Positions 1 through 9,931 are shown, counted from the stretch's first letter. The stretch: 64,000 nt of DNA from an uncultured Gemmataceae bacterium (GCA_963750165.1 CAVVPN010000003.1:2080001-2144000); one strand, 5' to 3'. Notes: generated from the sequence alone by a model not told the origin. Numbers and translations: made by a program.

Positions 1-385
1 CGAGCCGATTCCGGGCTCCTGTCTCGGCATCGCCCTCTTCGGCATTAGTCTCCATGCCAGCATCGACGGGAGCATCCAAGCCCAGGTCTGGTCACTCCGC
101 GCCCTCGGCCGGCAAAACGCAATACTCATTGCCACGCTGACGGCTGCCCTCCTCTACGGAACGTCCCTTTTCGCGGTGAGTGAAACCTGCGCCAGTTGGC
201 TTTGCCTCTTTTGGTACGATCTTCTCCTTTATCTTCTTCTCCAACGAATTCTTCGGCGGAGCTTCACCACTGATCCTTCACTGCGGGGAATGAAGAGGTG
301 GGAGACTAGCTCTCCCCCTCTGTCTCCCCGGACAGCAGAGCGTATGTGGGAATCCAAGGGTCACAAGTGAATTGGAGGTTCAGAA

Positions 386-1246
386 GTGGAAGCTCTTCTT
401 ATCGCGGCCGACGCACCGACTGTCGATAGCGGGAAGGCCATAACGAACGGCAGCACGACTCCCGAACAAAATGCACCACGCTTCGTGCCTCGTATTATTC
501 GCCTTTCCGACATCGACCGCGACGAGAACCAGCCGCGTGCGACCCCGCGGAGTGAGGAGAGCCGAGAGAGTCTCACCCAGAGTGTTCAGAGAGACGGTCT
601 CTTTTCCGCCCTCCTCGTTCGCCCCGGTGCTGCCGGCCGCTTCATTCTCGTCTCCGGCGAAGGCCGGTACGACGCTGCCCTCGCCTGCGGGCACACGGAG
701 GCCCTCTGCCTCGTCTGCGAAGCACCGCTCAGCCCGGCCGAACTTCGGCGGATGCAATTTGCCGAGAACGTGTTTCGTGAAACATTGAATCCCCTCGATC
801 AAGCCGCACTCTTTCGCTCCCTCATGCGTGAGCGCCGTTGGTCGCAGACCCGGGTCGCAGATTTCCTCGGTGTCAGTCAGGGACACGTAAGTGAGTACGT
901 AAACCTTCTCCGGCTCCCGGCCGACATCCGCGACCGTGTTGCAAAGGGAACGCTCGGTGTGCGTGCTGCCCCCCGAGTGGCCAAGCGCCGGGCGGTATCG
1001 ACCGTCGATACCGCTGACTCCTCACCCGAGAACGTGACCTCACCCTTCGCCGGCGAGAACCCGCTCCACGGCATCACGGTCCATCCCCTTCAAAGTTGGG
1101 TCGACAACGCAACCGGCATCAGGTTCCTCGTCGGCCGCAAATCGAAACGTGCCGTGTCCGACAAGGATCTCCTTCGGGCGCTCAAGTCCCGCGTGAAGGA
1201 TATCGAGGCGAGACTCGCCTCCCCCGCTCCCCCGCTTCCCACTTAG
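386..1246 (+). CDS. ParB/RepB/Spo0J family protein (ParB N-terminal domain + HTH)
   Basis: Motifs NQPR, GLFSALLVR, LVSGEGRY, ENVFRETLNPLDQA; HTH SQTRVADFLGVSQGHVS. GGAGGT SD before the GTG start. Confidence 0.85.
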   Translation: MEALLIAADAPTVDSGKAITNGSTTPEQNAPRFVPRIIRLSDIDRDENQPRATPRSEESRESLTQSVQRDGLFSALLVRPGAAGRFILVSGEGRYDAALACGHTEALCLVCEAPLSPAELRRMQFAENVFRETLNPLDQAALFRSLMRERRWSQTRVADFLGVSQGHVSEYVNLLRLPADIRDRVAKGTLGVRAAPRVAKRRAVSTVDTADSSPENVTSPFAGENPLHGITVHPLQSWVDNATGIRFLVGRKSKRAVSDKDLLRALKSRVKDIEARLASPAPPLPT

Positions 1247-1296
1247 TGAATCGCCCCAACCCGCCCGGCAACGGGCCAACCAAGAAGGAGGTTTTC

Positions 1297-1977
1297 ATGG
1301 TTCTCCCCACTCGCCCCGGAAAAAAGAAAACAACAAACCCGGAGCCGCGCTGTCCCGTAATCGTGCTTGCCGATGCGTCGGCCTCGATGCGGGGTCCCAA
1401 GGGCGACGCACTCAACGCGGCGATGCCGCTCCTCCTCGGTGAGATCCGCCGCGACGACCTGGCCGCCCACCGAGTTGAGCTCGCCATCGTCACCTTCGAC
1501 GACAGTGTCCACGTGGCCTTGGACTTCACCACGGTCGCCGACATCGAAAAGATCGCGCCTTTCACTTTCGGCGGAAATACTGCGCTCGCGGGTGCGCTTC
1601 TGAAATCGCTTCAGCTCCTCCAAGGCCGAAAGGAGTACTTCAAGGGCCAAGGGATCGACGCCCCCTACCGCCCGTGGGTGATCCTCATCACGGACGGGGC
1701 CCCGAGTGACCGTGACCTCGTCCTCAAGGCAAGAGAAACGCTCTTCCAAGCGGTCGGCCACCATCGCCTCACCTTCTACCCGGTCGCCGTGAAGGGTGCC
1801 GACTTTGATTTCCTGAAAAGCATCTGTCCCGCGGGCCAAAAGGTCTACGAGCTCGAGGACCTTAAGTTCGCCCAGTTCTTCCGGTGGCTCTCAAGGAGCC
1901 TCGCGGACGTGAGCCGCAAGGATCCCGACGAGGAATCGCCCGAGGCCGAACCTGAAGGTGTGACGGAGATCGAATGA
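1297..1977 (+). CDS. TerY/YegL-like von Willebrand factor A domain protein
   Basis: MIDAS DASAS...GGNTAL...ITDG plus the YRPWVILITDG and FFRWLSRSL motifs typical of TerY. AGGAGG SD before ATG 1297. Confidence 0.88.
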   Translation: MVLPTRPGKKKTTNPEPRCPVIVLADASASMRGPKGDALNAAMPLLLGEIRRDDLAAHRVELAIVTFDDSVHVALDFTTVADIEKIAPFTFGGNTALAGALLKSLQLLQGRKEYFKGQGIDAPYRPWVILITDGAPSDRDLVLKARETLFQAVGHHRLTFYPVAVKGADFDFLKSICPAGQKVYELEDLKFAQFFRWLSRSLADVSRKDPDEESPEAEPEGVTEIE

Positions 1978-3317
1978 CACCACCCGCCGCGGCGGCTCAT
2001 CACTGCCGCGGCCCCTATTGGTCCCCTCAAATGGCAACACCTTCAAACCTCTTCTTCAACGCGACCGGAGCACCAGTCGAGCTTGGGCGAAAGCTCGGAA
2101 GCGGTGGCGAAGGAGACGTGTACGAGATCCGTCGAAGTGGGAGCGTCGCAAAGCTCCTCCGGAACCCCACGACTGAGTTCGAGGAGAAGGTGCGAGCGAT
2201 GCGTCTGTCGCCGCCACAGACCGCAGGCGTCCTCCCTCAGGGCTATACCTTTGCGTGGCCAACTGACCTTCTCGTGAGCGGAGCTCCTTCTCGAACGGTC
2301 GTTGGCTTTTCTATGCCTGTCGCCAAGTACCGGTACGCGTTTCACCAGCTTTACCGGCCCGCGACCCGGGGCCCAGAGGTGGACGAGAGGTTCCTTCTTC
2401 GGACGGCCAAGAACTCGGCGGTCGGTGTTGCGAACCTTCACCGAATGGGTGTCATCGTCGGTGACTTGAACGAATCGAATTTCGTCGTCGGACCCACGGC
2501 GGATGTGACCTTCCTCGATGCCGACAGTTTCCAAGTTCGAGCAAATGGGCGCATTTACCGCTGCACCGTGGGAAAGGTCGAGTTTACCGCCCGTGAACTC
2601 TTCGGACGAAAGTATGCCGACCAGGACCGCACACCCGAGACTGACGCCTTTGCGCTCGCTGTCTGCATTTGGCTCTGCCTCATGGAGGGGAACCACCCCT
2701 TCGCAAGCCGGTACACCGGGCCTGGTAACGGCGCCACACTCAAAGAGAGAATCGAACAAGGCCTCTGGGCGTATGCAACGAGGCGGCCTCCACACTACGA
2801 ACCGCGCCCAATGGCTCCGCCGTTTTCATCGCTTCCGCAGAGCCTCCGCGATCTTTTCCGGGACGCGTTTGAAGCGGGCCACCACGAACCGTGGAAGCGT
2901 CCGAAGCCGGCTGACTGGGCGTTGGCACTTGCCGATTGCGAGGCGGCTGTCGCAAATCGCCCACTGCCGGGACCGAGCGTGAAGGATAGGCTCGGCGACG
3001 CACTCCGCGGAATCACAACCCGCATCGACGCCCTTCGCGGATTTGTCCCGGCGATACAGCTTCCGGCCGTCTCCCCGGCCATACGCACCTCGGCCAGGCA
3101 CGCCTTGATTGCGGGCGGGGCAAGTGTCTTGACCGCGATAGCCCTTCTACTCGTGCGAGGCGAGACCACTTCTCCTCCAACGACACAACCCAACTCGGTT
3201 CCGCCCGGGTGGTCGGCCTTCCCGAACGGCGCGTCACCCGTTCCCGGCGAGCGGACGCCACGACTCTGGGAAGAGCTTCGGAGGAAGGATCCCACGCGCG
3301 TGACCAAGACACCGTAG
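1974..3317 (+). CDS. YegI-like Ser/Thr protein kinase with C-terminal transmembrane segment
   Basis: LGSGGEGDVY, VAK, AWP, VGDLNESN, LDADSFQ, ETDAFALAV, GNHPF; hydrophobic stretch ALIAGGASVLTAIALLLV. ATG overlaps the vWA stop; alternative start at 2031. Confidence 0.85.
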   Translation: MTPPAAAAHHCRGPYWSPQMATPSNLFFNATGAPVELGRKLGSGGEGDVYEIRRSGSVAKLLRNPTTEFEEKVRAMRLSPPQTAGVLPQGYTFAWPTDLLVSGAPSRTVVGFSMPVAKYRYAFHQLYRPATRGPEVDERFLLRTAKNSAVGVANLHRMGVIVGDLNESNFVVGPTADVTFLDADSFQVRANGRIYRCTVGKVEFTARELFGRKYADQDRTPETDAFALAVCIWLCLMEGNHPFASRYTGPGNGATLKERIEQGLWAYATRRPPHYEPRPMAPPFSSLPQSLRDLFRDAFEAGHHEPWKRPKPADWALALADCEAAVANRPLPGPSVKDRLGDALRGITTRIDALRGFVPAIQLPAVSPAIRTSARHALIAGGASVLTAIALLLVRGETTSPPTTQPNSVPPGWSAFPNGASPVPGERTPRLWEELRRKDPTRVTKTP

Positions 3318-3327
3318 GAGAAAAACA

Positions 3328-3651
3328 ATGCCTCATGACCGCGTACCCCGGGCAAGCGAACGAATCGAGGAGGCGGCTCGGTGGGTGGACCTTGTCTTCG
3401 CCGCACTCGATCGCGAGGCCGACCTCTTCCACACCACTCAAGAGCGGTGCCGTGAGACTCTTCAGGGATTTCTTCTTCGGCTCCAGGTGTTGAGTGTGGC
3501 GTCCGGTGACGTCGAACGCCTGGCAGACGAGATCCGACGTTTTGAGGCTTCCTTCCGAGACACCCTCCACGCGGCAAATGATGCCTACCGCGCGGCTTCT
3601 TGTTGGCGCTCCCGAGCCGCGGGAGCCTCGCCTCGCCCATCGCCGAACTAG
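3328..3651 (+). CDS. Hypothetical small helical protein
   Basis: AGGAG SD, co-oriented within the operon, helical composition. Confidence 0.6.
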   Translation: MPHDRVPRASERIEEAARWVDLVFAALDREADLFHTTQERCRETLQGFLLRLQVLSVASGDVERLADEIRRFEASFRDTLHAANDAYRAASCWRSRAAGASPRPSPN

Positions 3652-3693
3652 ACCACGAACTCGAATTCGCCCCTTACTAAAGGAGAACTTGCC

Positions 3694-5130
3694 ATGTCAG
3701 CACGCTGGAAATGGGCCGCAGTCCTTGGACTCCTCGCCCTCATTGTCATCCCCGTCTGGGCAATCACCCGTGTGCGCGCGAACTCGTCTCGCGAGTCGAG
3801 CCGGACTGCCTTGCGACCTGGTATCCCGGCCGAGGCCCTCTCTCCTGCCCGCACCGCCCGCGATCAAATCGAGGACTCGGAACGGCGCATGGTGGAGGAG
3901 GACCGAGCGCTCGCCCAGGCTCTCGACCGAATGGAGGCTGGGAAGTTCGTGCCGGCCGAGCAAAAAGCCACGATCGAAGCCCTTCGCGTTTACGTGAAGA
4001 GCCTCCGCGGGATCGCAGCGGATCTTCTCACTCACCACAAGACGTTCGTTTCGGTCCAGGAGCAGTACCGCGCCGCACTTACCACTGCACCCGCGAAATT
4101 CCGTGACGCAAGTCGCCTATTCCTCGAGTACGCGGCAGAAGAGCCCTTCTACGAAATCAAGCAGGACTACGAGCGCCTGGCCCAGGATTGGCTTACCCTG
4201 GCCTCCCTTGTCGAGCGCCGTGCCGCCGAGGTCGCCCGTGACGACAAAACACGCGATTGGGGCGACACCCTTCGCTACGTGGAACGAACGGCGCTATTCC
4301 TCGAGCGGCTCGACGCCCACCTGGAAAGCTTCCCAATCAACTTGGACTCGGGCGAAATCCGTGAGCGTCACATCGCGGATCTCAAAGCATACATCGACGG
4401 CTTCGAGGCCCTGAGAAAGCACCTCGGCACTTACCGTGAGAAACTTCGGAACGGCGCCGTGTCGCCTGGCGTCCGTGGGGAGCTAACGACCGCCGCTCGC
4501 GAGCGGACGGCACGCACCAATCCCGTTGCCTTTGTCCCGCCGGGACCGACCCCATCTCGTGATCAATTCGCGGACGTGTCCTTCTCCTGCACGTTCCTGC
4601 GCTCGGAAGATTGGCCGGCACTCGCGGTTCGCACGACCCGAGAATTCCGGCCAGGCGAGATACTGATCCTCAGAAACGACCACGTTGACCTCTATGAAAT
4701 CCGGGTGCGAAACATCGTCCGCACAGGGAATGGCCAGGTTGTCTTCGCGTACGAAGACGGCGGCATCCCTGCTCCATGGCAGCAATCCTCCCTCACGGTG
4801 AGACCCAAGGCACCGGATCGTATCAAGTCTGCCGGCCCCGCAGAAGCTCCCGAGACCTACCGCTGTCTTGTCGGCCTCCAACGCACCAACAACTTCATCG
4901 GTGTCTTGGCGAATCGAGAGTTCGCTGTCGGCGAGACGTACCGACTCGACGTAGACGGTAGTGAATACGCAACAGTCGTCGTCCTTCGGACCGTGGCACG
5001 TACGGAGAAGGGCTCCGTCATCGAGATCGATTTCACGAAGCCCATGCCAGCGAGGCCAACGAGCATGGTGCTCGTGCGCCTTCCTTCAGCCACTCCTTCG
5101 GACTCCCCTACGCTCGCCGCCCGTCGGTGA
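3694..5130 (+). CDS. Hypothetical membrane-anchored coiled-coil protein with two C-terminal beta-rich repeats
   Basis: AAGGAG SD; N-terminal TM WAAVLGLLALIVIPVWAI; long helical region. Confidence 0.75.
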   Translation: MSARWKWAAVLGLLALIVIPVWAITRVRANSSRESSRTALRPGIPAEALSPARTARDQIEDSERRMVEEDRALAQALDRMEAGKFVPAEQKATIEALRVYVKSLRGIAADLLTHHKTFVSVQEQYRAALTTAPAKFRDASRLFLEYAAEEPFYEIKQDYERLAQDWLTLASLVERRAAEVARDDKTRDWGDTLRYVERTALFLERLDAHLESFPINLDSGEIRERHIADLKAYIDGFEALRKHLGTYREKLRNGAVSPGVRGELTTAARERTARTNPVAFVPPGPTPSRDQFADVSFSCTFLRSEDWPALAVRTTREFRPGEILILRNDHVDLYEIRVRNIVRTGNGQVVFAYEDGGIPAPWQQSSLTVRPKAPDRIKSAGPAEAPETYRCLVGLQRTNNFIGVLANREFAVGETYRLDVDGSEYATVVVLRTVARTEKGSVIEIDFTKPMPARPTSMVLVRLPSATPSDSPTLAARR

Positions 5131-5155
5131 GGATCCCGAACCAGTGAGGACTCTC

Positions 5156-5449
5156 ATGAAACCGCGCGGCCAGTACGGTTTTCGTCTTGAAGCGGCCATC
5201 GCAAAGAAACTCGAAACGGAGGCCGAGAAGCGGGGCCTTACGGCAGGCCGCTACGCGCGCCTCCTCGTCATCGATGCGCTCTCGGAATCGGGGGACGAGG
5301 ACGAAGTATCCCAGGAGCTTCGAGCCCTCCGAGACGAAGTCGAGACGCTGAAGGAAAACCTCACGACCGCCACCATCGCCATCCTCCAGACCGCGGCTTC
5401 ACTCCCAGAGGACGAAGTCCGGAGATGGGCCGACGAGAACCTTCCCTGA
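5156..5449 (+). CDS. Ribbon-helix-helix protein, probable relaxosome accessory factor (TrwA/MobC-like role)
   Basis: YGFRL...KKLETEAEKRGLTAGRYARLLVIDAL RHH pattern, immediately upstream of the relaxase. Confidence 0.7.
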   Translation: MKPRGQYGFRLEAAIAKKLETEAEKRGLTAGRYARLLVIDALSESGDEDEVSQELRALRDEVETLKENLTTATIAILQTAASLPEDEVRRWADENLP

Positions 5450-5462
5450 ACCGGAGTTCCTC

Positions 5463-8000
5463 ATGGTTGCGACACTTTCACGAGCGGGGTCTGGAAACTG
5501 GCGCTACTACGCCCTGTCCCACGAGACGAAGCACTGGCCCGGCGTCTGGTGGGACGGTGGCGCTGCTAAAGCATTTGGGCTCCAAGGCATCGTCACGCCC
5601 GACCAGTTTCGCAACCTCTATCACGGCTATTCCCCCGACGGCCGCGTCGCCCTCGTTCAAGGTGCCGGGTCAAAGTGGCATCGGCCCGGGTTCGACATCT
5701 GCTTTCTCCCGCCAAAATCCGTCTCGATCGCCTGGGCCTTGGCAACTGCTCCCGAGGTGAGGCGCGAAATCGAGGCCGCGGTCGATGCAGCAGTTTCCCA
5801 CACACTCCATGAACTGAACGAGCGGTGTGGGTTCACGCGTCGGGGGCACGGCGGTGCAGAGGTGATGAAGGCGGATCTCGTGGTCTCCCTCTTCAAACAC
5901 TACAGCTCTCGCGCGAATGAGCCGTTACTTCACACCCACGCCTTCATCCACGCCGTGACAATGGGCGAGGACGGAAAGACAGGCGCCCTCGCCGCCGGGG
6001 AACTCTGTCGCCACAAGATGACAGGCGGGGCCATCTTTCGCTGCCAGCTCGCCGAGGAGCTTCGCACCCGCCTCGGATTCGAGTGCGAGAGAAAGCAAGA
6101 CGAGAAGGGCCGCCCGCTCTTCTGGTTTGAAATCAAGGGGATTAGCCAGGAGCAGGTCGATCACTTCTCCACCCGAAGTGCCGAGATCCGAAAGGTGCTG
6201 GGCACAAGTAGTTTCGCGAGTGCGCTTGCGGCCGAGGCCGCAGCCCTCAGCACTCGGCCTCCGAAGGAAGAGGTCCCTCTCCCCGTCCTCCTCGAGCGGT
6301 GGAAGAAGGAGGGAGAGAAGGTTGGCCTCCGCGTAGGCTCCATCGAAGCCCTCACGCACGCCGCCCGCCCACGGTACGACCAGGAAGAACAGACCAACGC
6401 CGCAGCGGAGCGCGCCCTCAAGAAAATCACCGCAAAACAGGCCCACTTCGCCGAACGAGAACTCCTCCGCTTCTCGGCCGAAGAGGCGCAAGCGACCGGA
6501 GTCGGTGCAGCTAGGGTCTCAGCCAAGGTCACGGAACTCCTCCAGAGCCCAAAGCTCCAGGACCTTGGCCTCGAAAAAAAGGAACACCGCTACGCGACAC
6601 CCGAAATGGTGGCGAAGGAGAAAACGCTTCTTGACGCCATCGACCGCGTTCGCGAGCCCCGCACTGAAAAGGTCCCTCATCGTGCCGCGGAAAAAGTCCT
6701 CGCGCGCCATAAGGAGTTTGGAGCCGAAGAGGCAGCCGCGTTTCGGAAGCTCATCCTTGGCGAGGGCCGACTTCACGCCTTGGACGGGCTTCCCGGTACT
6801 GGAAAGACGAGCGTTCTGCGCGCCGTCGCCGCAACTTACAAGAAAGCCCACCGCCCGGTCGTGGGCTGTGCAATTTCGGGAAAGGCGGCGCGCGGCCTTG
6901 AGACTCGTGCCGGCATCAAGAGCCACACTATCTTCAAACTCCTCCGCGACCTCGAGGAGACGACGGGCGAGCGGGTTAGGGCCAAGGCGAAGCATCATCT
7001 GGCGCAGCTTGGGAGGACCGCAGTGAGACTTCCGACCCGACGCCAAAAGCCCCGCGTGAAACTCCCGCGCGGCGCTGTCCTTGTCGTGGACGAGGCGTCG
7101 ATGGTGTCGGCCGACACGATGAGTAGGCTCGTCCGCGCGGCGGAGAAGCAAGACGCGCGTGTGATCCTCGTCGGGGACCACCACCAACTCCAGCCCATCG
7201 ACGGCGCTGCGCCATTCGGCCGCATCCGAAAGACACTCCCCGCTTCAACCCTCACCGACATCCGCCGGCAGACAAATCCCGAGGACCGCCAAAACGTCCG
7301 GGACTTCGCGGAGGGTAACGCCCGGGAGCCGCTTCGAAACCTGGAGAGCCGGGGCCTTCTCACGGTGAAGGAGGACAGGCTTTTTGCCCTCGAAGACCTC
7401 ATCGCCAAGTGGAAGGAGGTGGGTGTCCAGAAACCCAGAGAGAACGTCATTGTCGCTAACACCGACGCCGAGGTCCGAGCCCTAAACGAGCGTGCCCAGG
7501 CCGAGCGGATGAAGGCCAAAAAGCTCGGCATTCGCGGGATGATAATTGACGGCACACGCTACCGCACCGGGGACCGCGTTCTCTGCACGATGAACTCGTC
7601 CCTTGGTGTCCGAAATGGCGACTTCGGCACCGTCGTGGGCTTTGACCGGCGGCCAGGAAAGAAGGCCGTCATCGTCCTCCTCGACCAGACGAAAACCAAA
7701 GTCACGCTCCCCATTCGGACGTACGGCGAGTACCTGGCACTCGGCTACGCCGCAACGACGCACAAACTTCAGGGTGCCACCGTCGAAAACGCCTGGGTGC
7801 TCGTCTCTGGCCCCCTTCAAGACCGCCAGTCAACAACCGTCCAGGCAAGCCGCCACAAGAACGAACTCCGGCTCGTGACGGAGGAGTACGAAGCCGGAAG
7901 GAATCTCGAAGACCTAATCTCCAAGGTCGCAAACAACCGCGAAAAGACGCTCGCCCACGACGTCATCCGCCCTGTCCTTACCCAAACCCAAGAAAGGTAG
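5463..8000 (+). CDS. MOBF (TrwC/TraI-type) relaxase fused to RecD-like helicase
   Basis: N-terminal YY, GFDICFLPPKSVS, HYSSRANEPLLHTH, FSTRS; Walker A GLPGTGKT, VVDEASM, VGDHHQL, GYAATTHKLQG. Confidence 0.93.
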   Translation: MVATLSRAGSGNWRYYALSHETKHWPGVWWDGGAAKAFGLQGIVTPDQFRNLYHGYSPDGRVALVQGAGSKWHRPGFDICFLPPKSVSIAWALATAPEVRREIEAAVDAAVSHTLHELNERCGFTRRGHGGAEVMKADLVVSLFKHYSSRANEPLLHTHAFIHAVTMGEDGKTGALAAGELCRHKMTGGAIFRCQLAEELRTRLGFECERKQDEKGRPLFWFEIKGISQEQVDHFSTRSAEIRKVLGTSSFASALAAEAAALSTRPPKEEVPLPVLLERWKKEGEKVGLRVGSIEALTHAARPRYDQEEQTNAAAERALKKITAKQAHFAERELLRFSAEEAQATGVGAARVSAKVTELLQSPKLQDLGLEKKEHRYATPEMVAKEKTLLDAIDRVREPRTEKVPHRAAEKVLARHKEFGAEEAAAFRKLILGEGRLHALDGLPGTGKTSVLRAVAATYKKAHRPVVGCAISGKAARGLETRAGIKSHTIFKLLRDLEETTGERVRAKAKHHLAQLGRTAVRLPTRRQKPRVKLPRGAVLVVDEASMVSADTMSRLVRAAEKQDARVILVGDHHQLQPIDGAAPFGRIRKTLPASTLTDIRRQTNPEDRQNVRDFAEGNAREPLRNLESRGLLTVKEDRLFALEDLIAKWKEVGVQKPRENVIVANTDAEVRALNERAQAERMKAKKLGIRGMIIDGTRYRTGDRVLCTMNSSLGVRNGDFGTVVGFDRRPGKKAVIVLLDQTKTKVTLPIRTYGEYLALGYAATTHKLQGATVENAWVLVSGPLQDRQSTTVQASRHKNELRLVTEEYEAGRNLEDLISKVANNREKTLAHDVIRPVLTQTQER

Positions 8001-8005
8001 AAGCC

Positions 8006-9898
8006 GTGAAACTGTCCTCTGTCCAACTGCACTCGATTGTTCTTATGCCAGTCACAGCCCTCTGCGCAGTGACTATCGCTGTCTGTGTGGCGGGGCTCCC
8101 CGCCGAACTTGGACTTGGGGCCGGAGCGATTGCTGGCCTCCTTCTTTCTCTCCTCGGTCGCGACTGGGTCGCGGCGTTTCTGTCCCGAAACCCAAGGGCG
8201 TGCACAGAGGACGAGGACAACTTCCTTTTCCTCCTACTCTGTGTCTATGTCGGGGCCTTGGCCCTTGCCTCAGGAGCCTACGCTTCGTTCGCCTTACTTC
8301 TCGCCCCGAACGGAAAGGCCAACTACATCCCGGGTCTGGTCGCCTTCATCGCCGCTGGCACCTTGGTCTTCTGGCTCGCGCACAAGTACCTCTCCGTCCG
8401 AGACGCGTTTCGTCGCGGCAGAGCGATGCTCTCGTTTGACGCCGCAAAGAAGGTCGTGTCGCGGTGGCTGGATAAAGCGCAACTCGAGGTACCCCTTGGC
8501 GGCCTCCACCTCCCCCAAAAGGCGATGACGAGCCACACCGCGTTTATCGGAGCCCCCGAGTCGGGGAAGTCCTTGAACATCAGGCTCATGATGCAAAGGG
8601 CCTTGATGCTCATCGGACTCGGACTCGGCCACCGCGCCCTTGTGTACGCGGCAAAGCGTGAAGACCTCCCCTACTTGGCCGCGATGGATTTGAACGCCCC
8701 CGTCTATCTCCTTCACCCCTTCGACCTCCGGGGCTCCGCCTGGGACATCGCAGAAATCTCGGATCACGCAACCACCCGAGAGGTCGCAACCGCCTTCATT
8801 CCCGAGGAGCAGGGGCAGAATCGGTACTTCTCCGACTGCGCTCGGGAGCTCCTCGACGGCATCATGTGGTCTTTTATCCGCAGGTCACCTGGATGCTGGG
8901 AGGGTCGCGACATGATTCTCTGCCAGCGAAGTGAGAGCCGTATGAAGGAGGTCTTGGGGAAGTGCCCAGAGACCCGCCACCTCATCGAGCTCCACTTCGA
9001 GCCGCGGAGCACATTTCAAAACATCCGGTCGACTCTCGCCGCGAGACTTGACCCCTTCGAGCCCGTCTTCGCCTGCTGGCATCGGGCCAAAACCAAGATT
9101 CGATTCCGTGATTGGGTAAATTCCGAGTCCATCGTGATCCTCGGAAACGACCCGCAGCGGCGGGCCGCGATTCACCCGATAAACCGGGTGATGCTCAAGT
9201 GGGTCACTCAGCTCCTTCTTTCAAAGTCCAACACCGACACCGAGCGAAGCTCCATCTGGCTAGACGAGTTTCCCGACCTTGGAAAGCTCGAATTCCTTCT
9301 CGAGCTTCTGGGCGAAGGACGCTCGAAGGGGGTTGCCGGGGTCCTGGGGACCCAGAGTATCGACGCCCTCTACGCCATCTACGGGAAGGACTTGGCGGAG
9401 GCGATTCTCGCTACGGTGAGTCATCTGGGGCTTCTCCGGAGTGGCGGCCCCTTCACGGCCAAGTGGCAGGCCGACAGGCTCGGGGACTACGAGTTCGACG
9501 AGACGAATGTCACCGTTACTCACAACCCGAGCGGGCAACCGTCTATCGCCTACGCCCGCTTTGTCGCGAATCGAAAATCAGTTCTCCCGTCAGAGTTCCT
9601 CTCGCTCCCGGCGACAAACCCTGAGAACGGGCTTACCGGCTTCTACATCTCGTCCTTTGTCGGCGCGTGGAAGAGTTACCTCCCCGGGGACTATCTCTCG
9701 CGCGAGCTTATCGCTCCCGATTTCAGCGTTCGGGATTTCGTTCCGAGACCGGCAGACCACGAGGATCTCCTCCCCTGGACAGTCGAGGACCTCCGTCGCC
9801 TCGGCCTTGACGAGAACCCACCAGTCGATCCCATCACCATCGCGCCGCAAGGAAAGAATCCCCCGAAACTTCCTCCCAATCGAGGGATGAAGAGGTGA
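8006..9898 (+). CDS. Type IV coupling protein (TrwB/TraD-like)
   Basis: About four N-terminal TM helices; Walker A GAPESGKS; Walker B WLDEFPDL; GRSKG...LGTQ. Confidence 0.88.
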   Translation: MKLSSVQLHSIVLMPVTALCAVTIAVCVAGLPAELGLGAGAIAGLLLSLLGRDWVAAFLSRNPRACTEDEDNFLFLLLCVYVGALALASGAYASFALLLAPNGKANYIPGLVAFIAAGTLVFWLAHKYLSVRDAFRRGRAMLSFDAAKKVVSRWLDKAQLEVPLGGLHLPQKAMTSHTAFIGAPESGKSLNIRLMMQRALMLIGLGLGHRALVYAAKREDLPYLAAMDLNAPVYLLHPFDLRGSAWDIAEISDHATTREVATAFIPEEQGQNRYFSDCARELLDGIMWSFIRRSPGCWEGRDMILCQRSESRMKEVLGKCPETRHLIELHFEPRSTFQNIRSTLAARLDPFEPVFACWHRAKTKIRFRDWVNSESIVILGNDPQRRAAIHPINRVMLKWVTQLLLSKSNTDTERSSIWLDEFPDLGKLEFLLELLGEGRSKGVAGVLGTQSIDALYAIYGKDLAEAILATVSHLGLLRSGGPFTAKWQADRLGDYEFDETNVTVTHNPSGQPSIAYARFVANRKSVLPSEFLSLPATNPENGLTGFYISSFVGAWKSYLPGDYLSRELIAPDFSVRDFVPRPADHEDLLPWTVEDLRRLGLDENPPVDPITIAPQGKNPPKLPPNRGMKR

Positions 9899-9931
9899 AT
9901 GAGTTAATGAGCCCAGAATGGAGAAACGCAC

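Noticed and set aside
1..45. Start of a divergent minus-strand gene (MPKRAMPRQEPGIGS)
   Set aside because: It has a GGAG SD, but only 15 codons are visible, so it cannot be supported.
180..385. Candidate oriT or regulatory RNA upstream of parB
   Set aside because: Only weak hairpins and no recognisable nic site. The GATGAAGAGGTG-like match to ~9886 is too short to trust.
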